From NCBI GenBank assembly GCA_051294375.1, contig CM119266.1, positions 20,686,780 through 20,750,779 on the forward strand: a stretch of DNA of 64,000 nt, in the 5' to 3' direction. The translations under genes and the position numbers were made by a program. The DNA comes from Paraspadella gotoi. Taxonomy: Eukaryota; Animalia; Chaetognatha. Positions within the stretch are counted from its first letter, which is position 1. Every line of letters starts with the position of its first letter. This document shows positions 1 through 64,000 of this stretch, one piece after another. The notes beneath the pieces were generated by a model that worked only from the letters and a program-made list of their open reading frames with translations, did no database searches and was not told the DNA's origin.

Positions 1-39140
<39,140 letters not shown>

Positions 39141-39621
39141 TGTGTTAAGTGTTTTATTTCTTTTTAATTGGAAATTCAAACTTTTTCAGTATGTTGAATA
39201 GCTAGAAACCGATTTTTTTCCCGCTATTTTTAATCGTAAATTTGAGATTAAATTCAACCGATGGTTACCGCTAAAGGAACTATTAAGTTAATAACTCGAC
39301 TTATCTAAAAAACATGTGTTTTTAAAACCTTAAAATTCGACTCGTCCAGTAGTAAACGGTCCAATTAATTCTCATTCGTCGCGCCTTCTTCTTTGAACCA
39401 CCTTTCGTGTTCCTCGGGGCGGATCGCGAAAACTGGTTTTTTTCGTCGAATCTGAACATTTTAAATCCACTGTCGTCATCTGGTACATAAACGACTCGTC
39501 TTATCAGATTTTCGAATTTGAAAGGTTTACGCGACCCGACTAAGACTAAGAAAACAGAAAACAAAACAAAAAAAATCAAGCGAAACCGAAAGGAAGAAAA
39601 ATTCCTCTTTTTCACTCGGTC
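39141..39621. promoter_or_regulatory. Probable bidirectional promoter region (VPS13 / orphan gene)
   Basis: Divergent start codons ~480 bp apart; inferred from gene geometry only. Confidence 0.4.
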
Positions 39622-40309
39622 ATGGTGGCCTTTCTGACAGCTTGTAATGACGCCCGACGCGCTATCGCTCAGGAGACGCTTCTTCTCCTGACTCAACTAG
39701 AGCTTCTCCTTCTTTTCTCACGACGAGATCGTTTCGAACCCATGTCGCTGCAAGAGACGAGGCTGTGGGCGACGCGGTATTCCGAGGGGCGGGCTCTTAT
39801 GCGTATGCTAAAGGATGACGAGATGCTCTTCCAGAAAAATCATGTCCAAATCATTCGTTGGGAATTGAAGAGGACGAGGCTTTTGATGCAAAGGAAGGAC
39901 GTCGCGGAAAAGCTCGCCAGATTAAACGGGGAAGACTCGGGGAAGACCGAGGATAAAGTCTGTCCAAAACGTGCAAGGTGCCCAATGTCTAATTTGATTT
40001 CTTTTTGTGCTTTTTTACGACTCCTGTCCTTAATATAATTAAATATACAATTTTATCTATCCATTCCCCTTCAGATCTAAATCTCTCTCGAATCTCACGG
40101 ACGTTTGCCAAACCGACGACGGCTTCTGGGTTCATTCAGTGAATGGAATCACCAAGTTAGCTAGGACCACTTTCAAATTTACCTCGAAGCCTTCAGTTTC
40201 AAAAGTTAAAATATACAAATCGACTTTCAAATCGGTTTTGAAATTAACACTTGTGTCTTTGTTATTTTATTTTTCACATTTATTCTATACAATACAATTT
40301 AAAATATAA
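39622..40309 (+). CDS. Small two-exon orphan protein (helical N-terminal part, hydrophobic C-terminus)
   Basis: GC-rich ORF from ATG 39622 to a GT donor at 39978; pyrimidine-rich acceptor at 40074; phase-compatible exon 2 (40075-40309) ends in TAA; AATAAA at 40420. Confidence 0.5.
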
Positions 40310-40462
40310 CAAACTCATTACTTTCCCCCAAAAAATGGTTAATTGATAGTGAAAAAAAATGACGAGTACATAGGTATACATACATATGTAAATTGTAATA
40401 CAACTTTATTGCCAAACCCAATAAATACGAAAAGAACATTTTAAAAAACTAAGCCAAGAACA

Positions 40463-63239
<22,777 letters not shown>

Positions 63240-63694
63240 TCAATTTAATTCGATCCAATTTTCGAAATTTTTTTTATATAATGATGTTTAGAAACTGAGC
63301 CGAAAATTAAAAAGTTATAACTCGAATATTGATAAATTTATCATAATATTTGGAAGTCGTAATCCTCAATAAAAGTAATGATTTAGCGTCATAAATGATC
63401 TCTATGACGACAAAAGTCGTTGTCTTTTGTTTTTCCTCTTCTTCCCGACATCTGGAAGGAAATCAAGAAAACCCGCCTTAATGAATAAACGACGACTGAG
63501 TCTCTCTCCTTTCAAGACGCCCATATTTTCACATATGGAGCAACAAATGTTAGTTTTTTCCTTCGAATTTTTGTTGTTTGCTAATTTTTAAACATTTATT
63601 TTTCTCTCGAAATGTTGTGGTCCCCGTTTCTAAGGTTTTTCTTTCTTTTAGAAACAGAAAGGGCGGGGTTTTGTCTCGAACACCTTGATTGAAA
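63240..63694. promoter_or_regulatory. Probable bidirectional promoter (WDR97-like / CCDC47-like)
   Basis: Divergent ATGs 455 bp apart; GC-box-like GGGCGGGG at 63661. Confidence 0.45.
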
Positions 63695-64000
63695 ATGTCG
63701 ATGCGATGGCATTTATGCGTCCTCCTTGCCTTTTTCGTGACTATTGGATCGTGCCAAAAGGGTGCCGCTTTCGAGGACAACGAATTTGCGGAATTTGAGG
63801 ACGTCGGAGATGCTCCAGCTGATTTTGAAGACTCGCCAGAACCCAAGGACAGGTAGTTAATTTGGTTATTCGAACATAGATTAGTTGATCTTATTTTGGA
63901 TGTCCTTCTCAGGATGGACGAATTCGAGGAGATGGAAGAACCCCGTGAAGACGCCGCCGATAAACCCGCACCAGGTCCAGAAGACGAAGAGGAGGAGGAG
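63695..64000 (+). CDS. CCDC47: CCDC47-like (PAT complex subunit / calumin), 5' part
   Basis: MSMRWHLCVLLAFFVTIGSCQKGAAFEDNEFAEFEDV: a signal peptide followed by the DN(D/E)FAEFED motif typical of CCDC47. Intron 63853-63912, then an acidic exon running off the window. Confidence 0.75.

Overview
Eukaryotic (probably animal) genomic DNA with GC-rich exons, AT-rich introns and many (GA/CT)n tracts. The assembly is noisy, with frequent indels in roughly 1-19.5 kb and an N gap at 10549-10573. Two large minus-strand genes dominate: a VPS13A/C-like lipid-transfer gene (ATG 39140, running off the left edge) and a WDR97-like WD40 gene (63239-40463). Three antisense genes are nested in their introns: a secreted tandem F-type-lectin-like protein, an orphan coiled-coil/low-complexity protein and a BACK-Kelch protein. 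A small orphan gene is head-to-head with VPS13, and a CCDC47-like gene starts at the right edge. The main non-coding signals are: (1) a diverse family of 140-255 bp multi-hairpin insertion elements with asymmetric TATGG...CCACA ends and 4-bp target-site duplications (TSDs); (2) a minimal Penelope-type hammerhead ribozyme enclosed by a 39-bp inverted repeat; (3) a TTAA-targeting element present as both filled and empty alleles, which explains a 4-kb apparent duplication; (4) a 642-bp hAT-like foldback MITE; (5) an apparent excess of GC-AG introns. All calls come from manual reading, with no database search; exon coordinates marked ~ are approximate.
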